The notes beneath the pieces are model-generated. The model saw only the letters and a program-made list of their open reading frames with translations, was not told where the DNA came from and ran no database searches. From the NCBI GenBank assembly GCA_947632495.1, contig CANRPL010000001.1:997-64996 (forward strand): a stretch of DNA of 64,000 bases. The letters are read 5' to 3'. Positions 9,387 to 19,025 of the stretch are shown in pieces. Numbering within the stretch: position 1 is the stretch's first letter; each line of letters opens with the position of its first letter. A program made the translations under genes and the position numbers. The DNA is from an uncultured Bacilli bacterium. Its GTDB lineage: Bacteria; Bacillota_I; Bacilli_A; RF39; UBA660.

Positions 9387-10060
9387 TGAAAAAAGAAATT
9401 GTATTAAAAATTGATCATGTATCTTATCGTTATAAAGATGCCCCTAAAGATGTTTATGTCTTTAAGAATATGTCATATACTTTTGAGACTGGTAAAGTAT
9501 ATGTTATTAAAGGTAAGAGTGGTAGTGGTAAAACCACTTTACTTTCACTAATTAGTGGTTTAGAAAAAGGATATGAAGGTAAGATATATTTTAGGGATCG
9601 TGACTTAAGTCGTATTAAACTTGATAAATATCGTAATAGTGATATTGGTATTGTCTTTCAAAGCTATAACCTATTAGTTCATTTAACTGCTAGTGAAAAT
9701 ATTCTATTATCGATGAATATAAATGGTATGAAAGAAAAGAATAAAAAGGAACGTGTCATTGAATTATTAGAAAGTGTTGGTTTAACTAAAGATCATGCTA
9801 ATCGACGAGTTTTAAAATTATCTGGTGGGGAACAGCAACGTGTCGCTATTGCTCGTAGTTTATCATATAATCCCGGCATCATTTTAGCTGATGAACCTAC
9901 TGGTAATCTTGATCGTGAAACAGAAAATGATATTTTAAAAATATTTAAAGATTTAGCGCATAAAGATAATAAATGTGTCATTATTGTTACCCATTCAGAT
10001 AATGTAGCTAAACAGGCTGATGAAGTTATCGAACTAACAAGTCAAAAGAAAAAGGATTAA
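9386..10060 (+). CDS. ABC transporter ATP-binding protein
   Basis: Walker [10 protein letters not shown], signature [15 protein letters not shown], Walker [12 protein letters not shown]. Its start overlaps the permease stop. Confidence 0.9.
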   Translation: MKKEIVLKIDHVSYRYKDAPKDVYVFKNMSYTFETGKVYVIKGKSGSGKTTLLSLISGLEKGYEGKIYFRDRDLSRIKLDKYRNSDIGIVFQSYNLLVHLTASENILLSMNINGMKEKNKKERVIELLESVGLTKDHANRRVLKLSGGEQQRVAIARSLSYNPGIILADEPTGNLDRETENDILKIFKDLAHKDNKCVIIVTHSDNVAKQADEVIELTSQKKKD

Positions 10061-10078
10061 TCATTAATCCTTTTTTTA
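10053..10078. terminator. Bidirectional rho-independent terminator between convergent genes
   Basis: Stem AGGATTAA / TTAATCCT flanked by A-run and T-run. It lies between the ABC ATPase stop (10060) and the LCP gene stop (10076). Confidence 0.6.
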
Positions 10079-12103
10079 ATTACTAGTATCTGCTTCTGGT
10101 ACATTGCTTGAATTATCATTTGCGTTACTGCTATTATTAGAATTGCTATTGTCATTACTATTTGAGTTATCATCTGTTGGTGTATCTGGTTCAGTAGGAT
10201 CTTCTTCTGGAGTAGGTGTTGGTGTTTCTTGAAGTAGGGAAGTAACAACGGTAAGTGTTAATGTTCTTTGACTACCACTTAAATTATCTACATCTGTTCT
10301 TTCATGGATGCTTTGTTTTACGATTAAACCAATTTTACTACCAGCCGTTTCTTTGACAACAATATTGATATTATTTTGACTAGCCCAACTTCTAGCATAG
10401 TCAATTGTTAATTTATCACCGACAAAGTCAGGTACTAAATTAAGACTTTTAGCGCCCGTGGTATTACCGATAATATATTCCTCATATTTATTCTTTATTG
10501 AATAATTAAATCTTTTAATAGGTGTAACTGGTAAGATATCCAAATTTTGTTTCATAGCTTTAATAACGGCATTTTTAGAACTATCATAGATTGGATAATT
10601 ATATAGAATCAATCCACTATAATATATCATTGCGTTATAACCATTTAATTTAAGTCTCTGCATATTGAATGCTTCATCGACACTGGCAGATTTCTTAAGC
10701 ATATTTTTACCAAGTTTATATAATTCAGATAAACTCTCTGTTGGATAATTAGTATAGACATTTGTACTTAAAGTATCAAGCAAATCCATAACAGTTGAAT
10801 AACTGTCAATGTCTTTAAATTTCTTCATTAATCCTTTGATGATAGCTTGCTGATTTTGACCACGAACAAAGTCATTCCAATAATCAGCATGAGTTGTATA
10901 TGACGATCCACAATGTGAAACCATATATGAAGTAACCTTACGGTGACGAGCAAACGCTAAAGCTTGCTCACCATTAAGTGTCTGTTTACCAGCCTTTACA
11001 TAGACCGTATTTTTACCCCATTTACGTTGACTATTTTGTTCACAGAAAGCGTATGGAACATCGACTTCAACACCACCTAGTGCGTTAACTAATTTAACAA
11101 CGGCAGTAAAGTTTACTTTAACGTAGTAATCAATTTTAATATCGAAGAAGTTTTGAAGTGAATTGATAATACAACTGTCCCCTCCTAAACCACCGGCATC
11201 GGTAATTTTACGGCGACGATTACTATTACATGATAGAGGCATATAAGTATCACGTGGAACACTTAATATCGTAGCGTTTGTTGTATTAGGATTAAAGGTT
11301 ACAAGAAGTAGGGCATCACCTTGTGAACGCAATTGTTTAACTGGCTTATTACTTGTGCTATCAATTCCCATAATCAAGACGGTAAATGGATCATTGATAT
11401 TTTTAACTTTAGTAGGGCTTTCAATTTCCTGTTTCTTCTGATCCGTTTCAGTTAGAATAACTTTAGTTAATTCATCGACATTTTCAATACCACTATCTTC
11501 ACCATAGCGATCTTCATAGTTAGTTGGTAAGATAGCAAAAGCAATTTTTTTATTAACGACATCTTTTAATAGAGCAACTCCATTTTCATAACTGATGACA
11601 TTGTTTTTATTTAACTTATTTTTACTAATTATTTGGTTTGCTAAAGTATATGCTTCATAGTCCTCTTCATCACTAGTAATCATTCCTATTTTATTATTAC
11701 CAATATCAGCTACACTTTTAGCAGTTGAATCTTTATGGGTAATGATACTTGTAGAGAAGGTTTCAACATCAGCTTCACCAGTCATTTTGTCAATTTTATC
11801 ATAGATGTTATTAATGGTATGTCCTGCGAATAATATGCCACTCGAATATACCAAAATAACGACAGATACAATGACAAAGCCTCTAGCGAGTATCTTCCTT
11901 TTAAATTTCGCTAATAACGCTAATAATAGTAGCATTATATCGATAATCGTGATACAGCCAACGACTCTTATTACCGTTTCAATTCCTTTATATAAAATAA
12001 CAGCAAAGATTAAGTAACAGGTACTAAATAGTAAATAGATAGTTAAAAACGTTTGAATTAATTTTTTCCAATTCTTCTTAAAAAACTTTTTCATATGTTC
12101 CAC
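10076..12103 (-). CDS. LCP (LytR-CpsA-Psr) family cell-wall polymer transferase
   Basis: N-terminal TM helices, then an LCP catalytic region (LLVTFNPNTTNATILSVPRDTYMPL...DAGGLGGDSCIINSLQNFFDIKIDYYVKVNF...LGGVEVDVP), then a C-terminal P/T/N/S low-complexity tail. Confidence 0.8.
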   Translation of the reverse strand: MEHMKKFFKKNWKKLIQTFLTIYLLFSTCYLIFAVILYKGIETVIRVVGCITIIDIMLLLLALLAKFKRKILARGFVIVSVVILVYSSGILFAGHTINNIYDKIDKMTGEADVETFSTSIITHKDSTAKSVADIGNNKIGMITSDEEDYEAYTLANQIISKNKLNKNNVISYENGVALLKDVVNKKIAFAILPTNYEDRYGEDSGIENVDELTKVILTETDQKKQEIESPTKVKNINDPFTVLIMGIDSTSNKPVKQLRSQGDALLLVTFNPNTTNATILSVPRDTYMPLSCNSNRRRKITDAGGLGGDSCIINSLQNFFDIKIDYYVKVNFTAVVKLVNALGGVEVDVPYAFCEQNSQRKWGKNTVYVKAGKQTLNGEQALAFARHRKVTSYMVSHCGSSYTTHADYWNDFVRGQNQQAIIKGLMKKFKDIDSYSTVMDLLDTLSTNVYTNYPTESLSELYKLGKNMLKKSASVDEAFNMQRLKLNGYNAMIYYSGLILYNYPIYDSSKNAVIKAMKQNLDILPVTPIKRFNYSIKNKYEEYIIGNTTGAKSLNLVPDFVGDKLTIDYARSWASQNNINIVVKETAGSKIGLIVKQSIHERTDVDNLSGSQRTLTLTVVTSLLQETPTPTPEEDPTEPDTPTDDNSNSNDNSNSNNSSNANDNSSNVPEADTSN

Positions 12104-12230
12104 CTCTTACTCTAAACATTATACTCAAAAAAATAATTTCATACAAGTTTAGTTTCTATCATTCTTCATAATATAGTTATATCATACTTTCTTAAAAATA
12201 TCTATGCCATTAAAAAAAAGTTATGCTAAA

Positions 12231-13976
12231 TCATTTTTTAACATAACTTTTTTGATAGACAACTTTAGCAGTTGGTATAAGTTCATCATCAATCAATATT
12301 GGTATTAGAGTGACATTAGCGATATCACTTAAGTCTGATGCTAAATTGACGCGGACATGATAAGCTTTATTAACTGTATCAGGTGAACTTAATGATGGTA
12401 TACACACAAAACCATCACTTAAGTTAATCATATCCTGATCGGTTGAGCTGACAATATCTAGATAATTATTATCACTATTATGTTTTTCTTGTTGAAGACC
12501 TAGATAACCAGTTATACTGGCTAAACCAGGATTTATTAGAGTATGATGCACGGTTAACTTTCTAATAGTTCGTGTATTAAAGGATATTGTAGCGTGATTA
12601 TAACCTAGATTAATAAAGTCGATGCGTTTATGGCAAAGAGCTTCATTTATATCGACACCACTTTGGATTAAGTTGACATCATTATGGCCTCCGAGAAAAA
12701 GATTGACGATGTTATCTTGATGTGGAAAATCTTGCGCTACTTGTTCAACATATTTTAATAGACGAAAGACTGTTCTAGGTTGACATATTTCGGTATTATG
12801 GAAGCAAAAGATATTACCCATTAATAATAGATAGTTAATTTGATTTTCTAGGCAATAAGCTTGAATTTTTTTAACGATATCTAAATAATTACTATCTTTT
12901 CTAATATTTAAATCAGCTAAAACAACAAAATCGACATATTTATCACTAGCCATAAAAAAGTCTCTAGTAGGGGGAATACTTTGATCGATTCCATACACCG
13001 GCTCATTATTTCTAAATCCCTTAATTTTAATATTAACTTTCTTCTTTAAGAAGACCATCATATTATTTAATTCATCCCATGATAAAGCTAGATCATTATT
13101 CCTCAAAGCGGCCATTAAATCAGTAATACTTAAATTATCATTTAAAAATTTGCGTAAAATAAAATTACTACAAGTTATTCTCTTATCATTTTCTTTTTCT
13201 TTTTGTTCAATTTTTCTTTTAAGCTCTTGTAGTTCAGCCTCAATTTCTTTAAGGCGATTGCCCTTAAGTGTCAATTGTCTTCTCGTTTCATTAAATGATT
13301 CTCTTGTAAGATTATGACGTTGCTTCTCATCTTCTAAAGCTTTTTGACTTTTTTCTTGTTCTTCTAATCTTTTCTTCTCAATATCATCACATTGCTGCGT
13401 TAAAGCACTAATCTTTTTATTTAATTCATCAATCTCATGATGTAAGGCTTCAATCTCTTTTTTACATTCGTTCCAATCATGCGTCCTCTCACGAAAACGC
13501 TTTTTGACTTTTTCTAATTGCGCTAAAGCTTTAGCCAGATCATCATCTACATCCTTTTGCTCATCTACTATAGTATCTTCTTCTATGATGTTTTTTCCAT
13601 ATTTCTTTAAAACAATACGATAGTCATCCATATATTCAGTCATTAATCCTTCAACGATATCACCATGTTCACTGACAAAATCTTCATAGGCTTGTAATGC
13701 TTCCTGCATCTTTTCATATACTTTATTATCAGGATTTTCAAAATCTAACTCTTCGTTACAAAAACACATGATGTGATAGACTAGACGCGTCATAATTTTG
13801 GGTGTAAATTGTGTTTTACAACGATTGATAAATTCACTTAATAAAAATGATAAGACATCAATACTATTATATGTACATTTCTTACTATTACCAAAAAAAT
13901 CGGTATAATAAACATCTTGTGTCGGTTTAAATAATAAGCCACAAATAGCTTTTTTATCTTTTGGTGTCAACGCCAT
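12231..13976 (-). CDS. Coiled-coil protein with a C-terminal degenerate metallophosphoesterase-like domain, uncharacterised
   Basis: The ORF runs to a TTG at 14027, but that TTG is the start of a TTGACA that forms a -35 for this gene, with 17 nt to TAAAAT. The likely start is ATG 13976 (MALTPKDKK) with GGAAGTGAG upstream. A heptad-like coiled-coil spans about 150 aa (LAQLEKVKKRFRE...ELQELKRKIEQKEKE). The C-terminus has calcineurin-like blocks VVLADLN, LLLMGNIF and LFLGGHNDVN in which the usual metal-ligand Asp/His are substituted. Confidence 0.45.
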   Translation of the reverse strand: MALTPKDKKAICGLLFKPTQDVYYTDFFGNSKKCTYNSIDVLSFLLSEFINRCKTQFTPKIMTRLVYHIMCFCNEELDFENPDNKVYEKMQEALQAYEDFVSEHGDIVEGLMTEYMDDYRIVLKKYGKNIIEEDTIVDEQKDVDDDLAKALAQLEKVKKRFRERTHDWNECKKEIEALHHEIDELNKKISALTQQCDDIEKKRLEEQEKSQKALEDEKQRHNLTRESFNETRRQLTLKGNRLKEIEAELQELKRKIEQKEKENDKRITCSNFILRKFLNDNLSITDLMAALRNNDLALSWDELNNMMVFLKKKVNIKIKGFRNNEPVYGIDQSIPPTRDFFMASDKYVDFVVLADLNIRKDSNYLDIVKKIQAYCLENQINYLLLMGNIFCFHNTEICQPRTVFRLLKYVEQVAQDFPHQDNIVNLFLGGHNDVNLIQSGVDINEALCHKRIDFINLGYNHATISFNTRTIRKLTVHHTLINPGLASITGYLGLQQEKHNSDNNYLDIVSSTDQDMINLSDGFVCIPSLSSPDTVNKAYHVRVNLASDLSDIANVTLIPILIDDELIPTAKVVYQKSYVKK

Positions 13977-14087
13977 AATCTCACTTCCAATGTTATCTAT
14001 TTTATTATTTAAAAAAATGATTGTCAATCATTAAATATGTTTTTTTATCGATTGAAATATGGTATAATCAAAGTAGGATGGTGTAAG

Positions 14088-14780
14088 ATGAAAGAAGAGT
14101 TTTTAAATGAGGCAAGATATCAAAAAAATGAAAAAAATTTAACAAGAGTAGCGATAATTCTATTAGTTGTAGGACTTGTTGGAGGTTTAGCTTTAATTGT
14201 CACTGGTGGAATTATAGCCGTTTCGGGTGGTAAAAAATCAGAATATAGTAAAGAGATTAAAAGTGAAAAGAAAAAATTAGAAGAACGTTATCAAGAATTA
14301 GTCGATAAAGGTGTTACTTATGATTTTTTTACGGAATATACCGATGGTGAAAAATATGAATTAAAAATTATTCATGAAGTATTAGATCCTAGTGTAAATA
14401 GTTGTGTGTTTACCGAATATAAGAATAGTGAATATACTTCCAATTATTGCGATTTAATAAATAAACAAAATATGAAATACAATACGGGTATGGCTAAGTC
14501 TTTTCTAGGTGGAACTGTTCTAACACTTATAGGAATTGCCCTTATTACAACTTTACCAATGATTGGCGGTATCTTATTACTAATTGCTAAAAGAAGACAC
14601 ATTACAGCCTTTACTACTCAACAGGTACTTCCTGTCGCCCAAGAAGGCATTGTTAAGATGGCACCAACTGCTGGTGTTGTTGCCCGCGAGATTTCTAAAG
14701 GTATTGTTGAAGGTAAAAATGAAGCAGATGACCCACAAGATACTCAAGAAGGTTCGCAAGAAGACAAAAAAGACATTTAA
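14088..14780 (+). CDS. Small membrane protein, uncharacterised
   Basis: ORF 14037..14780. ATG 14088 is preferred because an extended -10 TGGTATAAT lies at 14066-14074. Two predicted TM helices and an acidic C-terminal tail. Confidence 0.5.
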   Translation: MKEEFLNEARYQKNEKNLTRVAIILLVVGLVGGLALIVTGGIIAVSGGKKSEYSKEIKSEKKKLEERYQELVDKGVTYDFFTEYTDGEKYELKIIHEVLDPSVNSCVFTEYKNSEYTSNYCDLINKQNMKYNTGMAKSFLGGTVLTLIGIALITTLPMIGGILLLIAKRRHITAFTTQQVLPVAQEGIVKMAPTAGVVAREISKGIVEGKNEADDPQDTQEGSQEDKKDI

Positions 14781-14791
14781 AGATGTCTTTT

Positions 14792-15238
14792 TTATTTATC
14801 TTTTCCTAGTAACCAATTTAATGATTTATTAGTTATTTTAGCAATCTCGATAATAAAAAGGGTAGGTATATTAGTCTTACCGGCCTCATAAGCACTTATT
14901 ACTGAATGCGTTGTATTTAATTTAGTAGCTAATTTCTCTTGGGTTAGATTGCTTTCTTTACGTGCTAATTTAATCCTTTTTCCTAAAGTTTGTCTATCAA
15001 TTTCGTTTTTTAAAAATGAAACTTTTTTCTCATTAGATAAGTTAGCTAAATAATCAATATTAATATCAAAAAGATTAGCCATTTTATTTAAATAAGATAA
15101 GGGAATGATATTTTTACCAATTTCCCATAGCGAATAGGCACTTCTTTGACATCCTAGATAATCAGCCATGGCTTTTTGTGTCAACTCTAATTCTTCTCTT
15201 AATCTTTTAATTCTTTCAGTGTCCATAATACTTATCAC
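14792..15238 (-). CDS. XRE-family transcriptional regulator with two tandem HTH domains
   Basis: Two Cro/C1-type HTH units: LTQKAMADYLGCQRSAYSLWEIGKNIIP and LTQEKLATKLNTTHSVISAYEAGKTNIP. Confidence 0.75.
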   Translation of the reverse strand: MISIMDTERIKRLREELELTQKAMADYLGCQRSAYSLWEIGKNIIPLSYLNKMANLFDINIDYLANLSNEKKVSFLKNEIDRQTLGKRIKLARKESNLTQEKLATKLNTTHSVISAYEAGKTNIPTLFIIEIAKITNKSLNWLLGKDK

Positions 15239-15333
15239 CTGAAAAAATTATTTCATCTATGCTATCAAATTCGACAAATTGCTATTCAATACGATAAAAA
15301 TATGCTATAATGATGAAGAAAGGAGAGTTGTAG

Positions 15334-16329
15334 ATGAAAAAGTTTTTAAATGCCTTATTAGGCTTTGTTATGATTTTTGTTTTAGTTGGTTGTGGAAGTA
15401 AGAAAGTTAATTGGGAAGAAATTGAATTAGGAGATAAAATGCCTAAACCACCAGTTTTAACGGGAGAAATTTCAACCAATAGAAAAGACTTGGCAATTGT
15501 TGATATTGAAAAGATTTCTGAAAAGCAATATAAAGATTATGTTCAAACTTGTATTGATGCTGGTTACGACCGCGATCTTGAATATGAAGATTGGGATACA
15601 GTTTATGGTGCTTTTAATGAAGAAGGCTATTCTATTCGCATTTCTTATTGGGATAAAAAAATGAGTATTACATTAGAAAAGCCTTTAACTGATAGCATGA
15701 AAGAAATTGAGTGGCCAACAAGCGGATTAGGAGCTATGTTACCTAAACCAAAATCTACTTTAGGTGAAATATCATCTAATTCTAGTGATAGCTTTAGTGT
15801 CACTATTGGAAAGATGCCAATTGATGATTATAACGAATATGTAAAAAGCTGTGAAGGATTAGGATATACCATCGATTTTGATAAAGATGATAATAGCTAT
15901 TCAGCTAAAAATAAGGATGGCTATGAATTAGATTTACAATATTTAGGTGCGGATGTAATTGAAATATCTTTAGATGCTCCTGAAAAATCATCATCAGGCT
16001 CAACTTCTAGTACACCATCATCAAATACTAGTTCAAATTCTAATACTTCATCAAGCTCAAGTTCTGGTATTCGTTCAGACTTTAAGAAAGCAATGGACAG
16101 TTATGAAAAGTTTATGAATGATTATGTTGCTTTCATGAAAAAGTATAAACAATCTAATGGTTCTGATTTAAGTTTATTAAATGACTATGCTGATTATATG
16201 AAGAAATATTCTGAAATGATGGAAACATTCGATGCATGGGAATCAAAAGAATTAAATGATGCCGAAACTAAATACTATATTGAAGTTCAAACAAGAGTAA
16301 ATAAGAAGTTACTTGAAGTAGCTAATTAA
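15334..16329 (+). CDS. Lipoprotein with two internal repeat domains and an S/T-rich linker
   Basis: Signal peptide with lipobox LVGC|GS, AGGAGAG RBS, and an extended -10 TGcTATAAT at 15303-15311. Two copies of a ~75-aa module (KMPKPPVLTGEIS...YV.TC / MLPKPKSTLGEIS...YVKSC), an SSGSTSSTPSSNTSSNSNTSSSSSS linker, then a C-terminal helical domain. Confidence 0.7.
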   Translation: MKKFLNALLGFVMIFVLVGCGSKKVNWEEIELGDKMPKPPVLTGEISTNRKDLAIVDIEKISEKQYKDYVQTCIDAGYDRDLEYEDWDTVYGAFNEEGYSIRISYWDKKMSITLEKPLTDSMKEIEWPTSGLGAMLPKPKSTLGEISSNSSDSFSVTIGKMPIDDYNEYVKSCEGLGYTIDFDKDDNSYSAKNKDGYELDLQYLGADVIEISLDAPEKSSSGSTSSTPSSNTSSNSNTSSSSSSGIRSDFKKAMDSYEKFMNDYVAFMKKYKQSNGSDLSLLNDYADYMKKYSEMMETFDAWESKELNDAETKYYIEVQTRVNKKLLEVAN

Positions 16330-16338
16330 TATAAAAAA

Positions 16339-16366
16339 CATCCAGTTGCGACTGGATGCTTTTTAT
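16339..16366 (+). terminator. Rho-independent terminator
   Basis: Stem CATCCAGT-tgcg-ACTGGATG followed by CTTTTT. Confidence 0.55.
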
Positions 16367-16473
16367 ATGTGCTTGACATATTTTAATATGTATACTTTAT
16401 ATTTTTATAAAAAAATTGTTTTAAATATAATTTTTATATGTTAAAATGTGCGTAGAAAGTAGGGTTAGTATAT

Positions 16474-16974
16474 ATGAAAAAATTTTTAGTATGTCTATTT
16501 AGTTTAATGGTATTTATTATCTTAACAGGGTGTGAAAACAATCCGAGTAGCGAAAAAGATATAAAGAAGCTTTTTGCAGCATTGAAACAAGAAAATATAA
16601 TTTCTGATAGTATGGAACAAATTGATGTTCAATCTTATACTTATTATCCTTTAGAATGGTGTGTGACAGATCACTATTATATATATAAAGATAATGATTC
16701 AAAAATGATTGCCGTCACATATAAAAAGAATCGTTATTCAGAAGATGCTAAATATAATCATGTAGTAACCGTCTATTATGATGTAACTATTAATAATGAT
16801 GTTAATACTATTTCAGCTGACGACGCATCTTGCGATGAAACTTATTATACATATCAAAATGGTGAATATACTGATAAGAATCGTTATGAACTTGGATCTG
16901 AAAAGGTATATCATGCCGTAGAAAAGTCATCATTTTTAAAAGGTAAATATTATTCGTTAGAATTAGCTAGTTAA
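16474..16974 (+). CDS. Small lipoprotein, uncharacterised
   Basis: Signal peptide with lipobox LTGC|EN. 166 aa with no recognised domain. Confidence 0.6.
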   Translation: MKKFLVCLFSLMVFIILTGCENNPSSEKDIKKLFAALKQENIISDSMEQIDVQSYTYYPLEWCVTDHYYIYKDNDSKMIAVTYKKNRYSEDAKYNHVVTVYYDVTINNDVNTISADDASCDETYYTYQNGEYTDKNRYELGSEKVYHAVEKSSFLKGKYYSLELAS

Positions 16975-16984
16975 TTAATCACTA

Positions 16985-17013
16985 AAAAAGTTGAACAATA
17001 TTGTTCAACTTTT
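16985..17013. terminator. Bidirectional terminator hairpin
   Basis: Near-perfect palindrome AAAAGTTGAACAATATTGTTCAACTTTT (13-bp stem). It follows the + strand lipoprotein gene and lies just 3' of the minus-strand tRNA. Confidence 0.6.
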
Positions 17014-17022
17014 ATAATTCAA

Positions 17023-17096
17023 TGGAGGGCCCGACCGGATTTGAACCAGCGATCAGGGAGTCAAAGTCCGTTGCCTTACCACTTGGCTACGGACCC
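17023..17096 (-). tRNA. tRNA-Gln (anticodon UUG); atypical, needs tRNAscan confirmation
   Basis: Reverse complement GGGTCCGTAGCCAAGTGGTAAGGCAACGGACTTTGACTCCCTGATCGCTGGTTCAAATCCGGTCGGGCCCTCCA. D-arm GCCAAGTGGTAAGGC, anticodon loop CUUUGAC (UUG), T-loop TTCAAAT, encoded CCA. Caveats: a C:C mismatch in the anticodon stem (ACGGA/TCCCT) and G1:C72 instead of the usual U1:A72. Confidence 0.7.
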
Positions 17097-17172
17097 ATCA
17101 CAATGTATTTATATTGTAATATAAATTATTCATCTTGTCAATAAATTATATGCAAGTGAAAAAAAGAAGTAC

Positions 17173-18153
17173 CTATTTAGGTATCTCTCTTAAACATTGT
17201 AATTCACCATTTAAATATTGCATGCTATCATAAGCACTCTTATAAAATGTTTTAATTTTAGGCTTATTATCTTCACAGGCATTAAAACAAGCATGTTCTG
17301 TTTTAATGACACTATCGCGATCAATTATTTCTAAATATTTATCTTTAACTCCATTATATAAGTTGATAGTAGAAGGTAGGTCACATAATCCGGCACAGTA
17401 GACAAACCATGGGCGAAGATAATTAAGAGCATTAAAGCCATTATCCTTATCAACTAATCGACTAATAGTGACAATTGTAGGATCCACTAGCATATATTCT
17501 TCACCAGGAATTAATACTTCACTATGATTGCCAATTTCCATTCGTTCATCAACTAATTGTTTAGCTTTTTCATCAAAGGCTTCACTAAAACGTTCGTCAG
17601 CTGAATCATCAAGTAATTGGTAGAAATCTTTAATAATGGTATATTCTGGAGATGGATATGTTAAACGATCAGTCATAATAGGTATACTAGCAATATTAAA
17701 ATAGTATAAGAGGTCGGATAACATTGTTGATAGATTGCGACAGACACTTAAACCAGTAACCATTGAAAGACCTTGTCTAATACTTAATTCACATTCAGGA
17801 TACATAAAACGAAAATTACCCGTTACTGATAAATATCCTTTTCTTGCTAAATAAACATAGACATATAAAATATCTTGAAGGGTTGGATTAGGTCTTAACT
17901 CTTCAATCAAGCTTGCCATTTTTGATAAAATATCTTGATAAGCTCCTTCGACATAAGATCCGTATTGTGAATATCTTGCATACTGATTTAAAAAAGATGT
18001 CCTTACAGCTTTACATTCTTCAAATGATTGTAGATCTTTAATATCAAAGATAGCTGGTATTTCCGGATATTTAAGTCGTTCTAATTTGGCTTTACCACGT
18101 AATAATAAAATACGTACACGATCGTTAATTGTAATTTTATCCATATACATCAC
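17173..18153 (-). CDS. Hypothetical cytoplasmic protein
   Basis: 326-aa ORF with no recognised motif. A putative promoter TTGCAA-17-TATCAT lies upstream. Which of the MMYM methionines is the start is uncertain. Confidence 0.45.
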   Translation of the reverse strand: MMYMDKITINDRVRILLLRGKAKLERLKYPEIPAIFDIKDLQSFEECKAVRTSFLNQYARYSQYGSYVEGAYQDILSKMASLIEELRPNPTLQDILYVYVYLARKGYLSVTGNFRFMYPECELSIRQGLSMVTGLSVCRNLSTMLSDLLYYFNIASIPIMTDRLTYPSPEYTIIKDFYQLLDDSADERFSEAFDEKAKQLVDERMEIGNHSEVLIPGEEYMLVDPTIVTISRLVDKDNGFNALNYLRPWFVYCAGLCDLPSTINLYNGVKDKYLEIIDRDSVIKTEHACFNACEDNKPKIKTFYKSAYDSMQYLNGELQCLREIPK

Positions 18154-18203
18154 TGGTTATATATGATAACTTATTTTAGGTAAAATTGCAACAAAAAACA
18201 GGT

Positions 18204-18407
18204 CTAATGATCTGTTTTAAGATGATAGAATAATATTCCAATATTAATTATTCCACAAATACCAACGACAATATATATGATGCGACTCACAATATTATAG
18301 CCGCCAGTAATTAGTTCAACAACATTGACATTAAATAAGCCTAGTATTCCCCATGCGATAGCGCCAATAATAGAAAATACTAAAGCTATCTTTTGTAATC
18401 CTTCCAT
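18204..18407 (-). CDS. DUF378-family small membrane protein
   Basis: 67 aa with two TM helices. KIALVFSIIGAIAWGILGLFNVNVVELITGG resembles the DUF378 (YuzA-like) signature. Confidence 0.65.
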   Translation of the reverse strand: MEGLQKIALVFSIIGAIAWGILGLFNVNVVELITGGYNIVSRIIYIVVGICGIINIGILFYHLKTDH

Positions 18408-18459
18408 ATTTTATTCCTCCTATATTACTAGAATGTCCAAAAAGAGGAAAGATATACAT

Positions 18460-18696
18460 TTATTTGTTATTTGGTATATATTCAACAATATCTGTTAGCT
18501 TACAATCTAAATAGTCACATAGTCTAGCGTATACCATTACATCGATTTTAGTCACATCACCTTTGATAATTCGTTGTAATACCTTAAAATCGGTATTAGT
18601 ATCACGCATAACTTGATTCTTGCTAATGTTATTTCCGTTTAACAAATCATCTAATTTAAATAGGTAACAACCATTTTCAACATTAACTCTGACCAT
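18460..18696 (-). CDS. Small XRE/Cro-type HTH transcriptional regulator (YozG-like)
   Basis: 78 aa. ISKNQVMRDTNTDFKVLQRIIKGDVTKIDVMVYARLCDYLDCKLTDIVEY matches the HTH_26-type fold. It is divergent from the metal-transporter operon. Confidence 0.7.
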   Translation of the reverse strand: MVRVNVENGCYLFKLDDLLNGNNISKNQVMRDTNTDFKVLQRIIKGDVTKIDVMVYARLCDYLDCKLTDIVEYIPNNK

Positions 18697-18742
18697 TATA
18701 CCGACATCCTTACAAGATAATCATAACAATCAAAACAGCTCC

Positions 18743-18771
18743 TTGACTATTGGCTGTATAACCAGTATAAT
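18743..18771 (+). promoter_or_regulatory. Strong sigma-70-like promoter driving the P-type ATPase / ZIP operon
   Basis: TTGACT (18743-18748), a 17-nt spacer, then TATAAT (18766-18771), facing the divergent XRE regulator gene. Confidence 0.5.
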
Positions 18772-18781
18772 GATGTTAGTG

Positions 18782-18976
18782 ATGAAGATGAAAGTGTTAG
18801 AAATATATACTAATTTTATCAATAGACTTTTAGAGATACCGAGAAATAATTTAGAAGCTAAAAATAAAAATAATCGTTATGACTATTTGATAAGAAAATA
18901 TGATGTATCATTGTTAGAAAAGTATCAAAATATTGAAAAAATAATTGAAGAAGAATTGGCAAAAGAGGGCAAATAG
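18782..18976 (+). CDS. Possible small leader ORF (about 64 aa); doubtful
   Basis: The ORF-track start 18743 is the -35 hexamer itself, so the real start must be downstream (ATG 18782 or 18788). No convincing RBS and no domain; its end overlaps the ATPase ORF region. Confidence 0.2.
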   Translation: MKMKVLEIYTNFINRLLEIPRNNLEAKNKNNRYDYLIRKYDVSLLEKYQNIEKIIEEELAKEGK

Positions 18977-19025
18977 TCCTTTTTTTTATTGCCAATTAGT
19001 GTTATACTACTTTAGGGTAGATGAT

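Noticed and set aside
18743-18781. ORF-track start of the 77-aa ORF at 18743
   Set aside because: The TTG taken as a start codon is the first half of a TTGACT -35 hexamer, and the -10 lies 20 nt into the supposed coding sequence. Only a shorter, doubtful ORF starting at or after 18782 could be translated.
18977-19025. Possible Mg2+ or metal riboswitch leader upstream of the P-type ATPase
   Set aside because: The untranslated leader is under 60 nt, too short for an M-box or any known metal riboswitch, and no conserved riboswitch core sequence is present.
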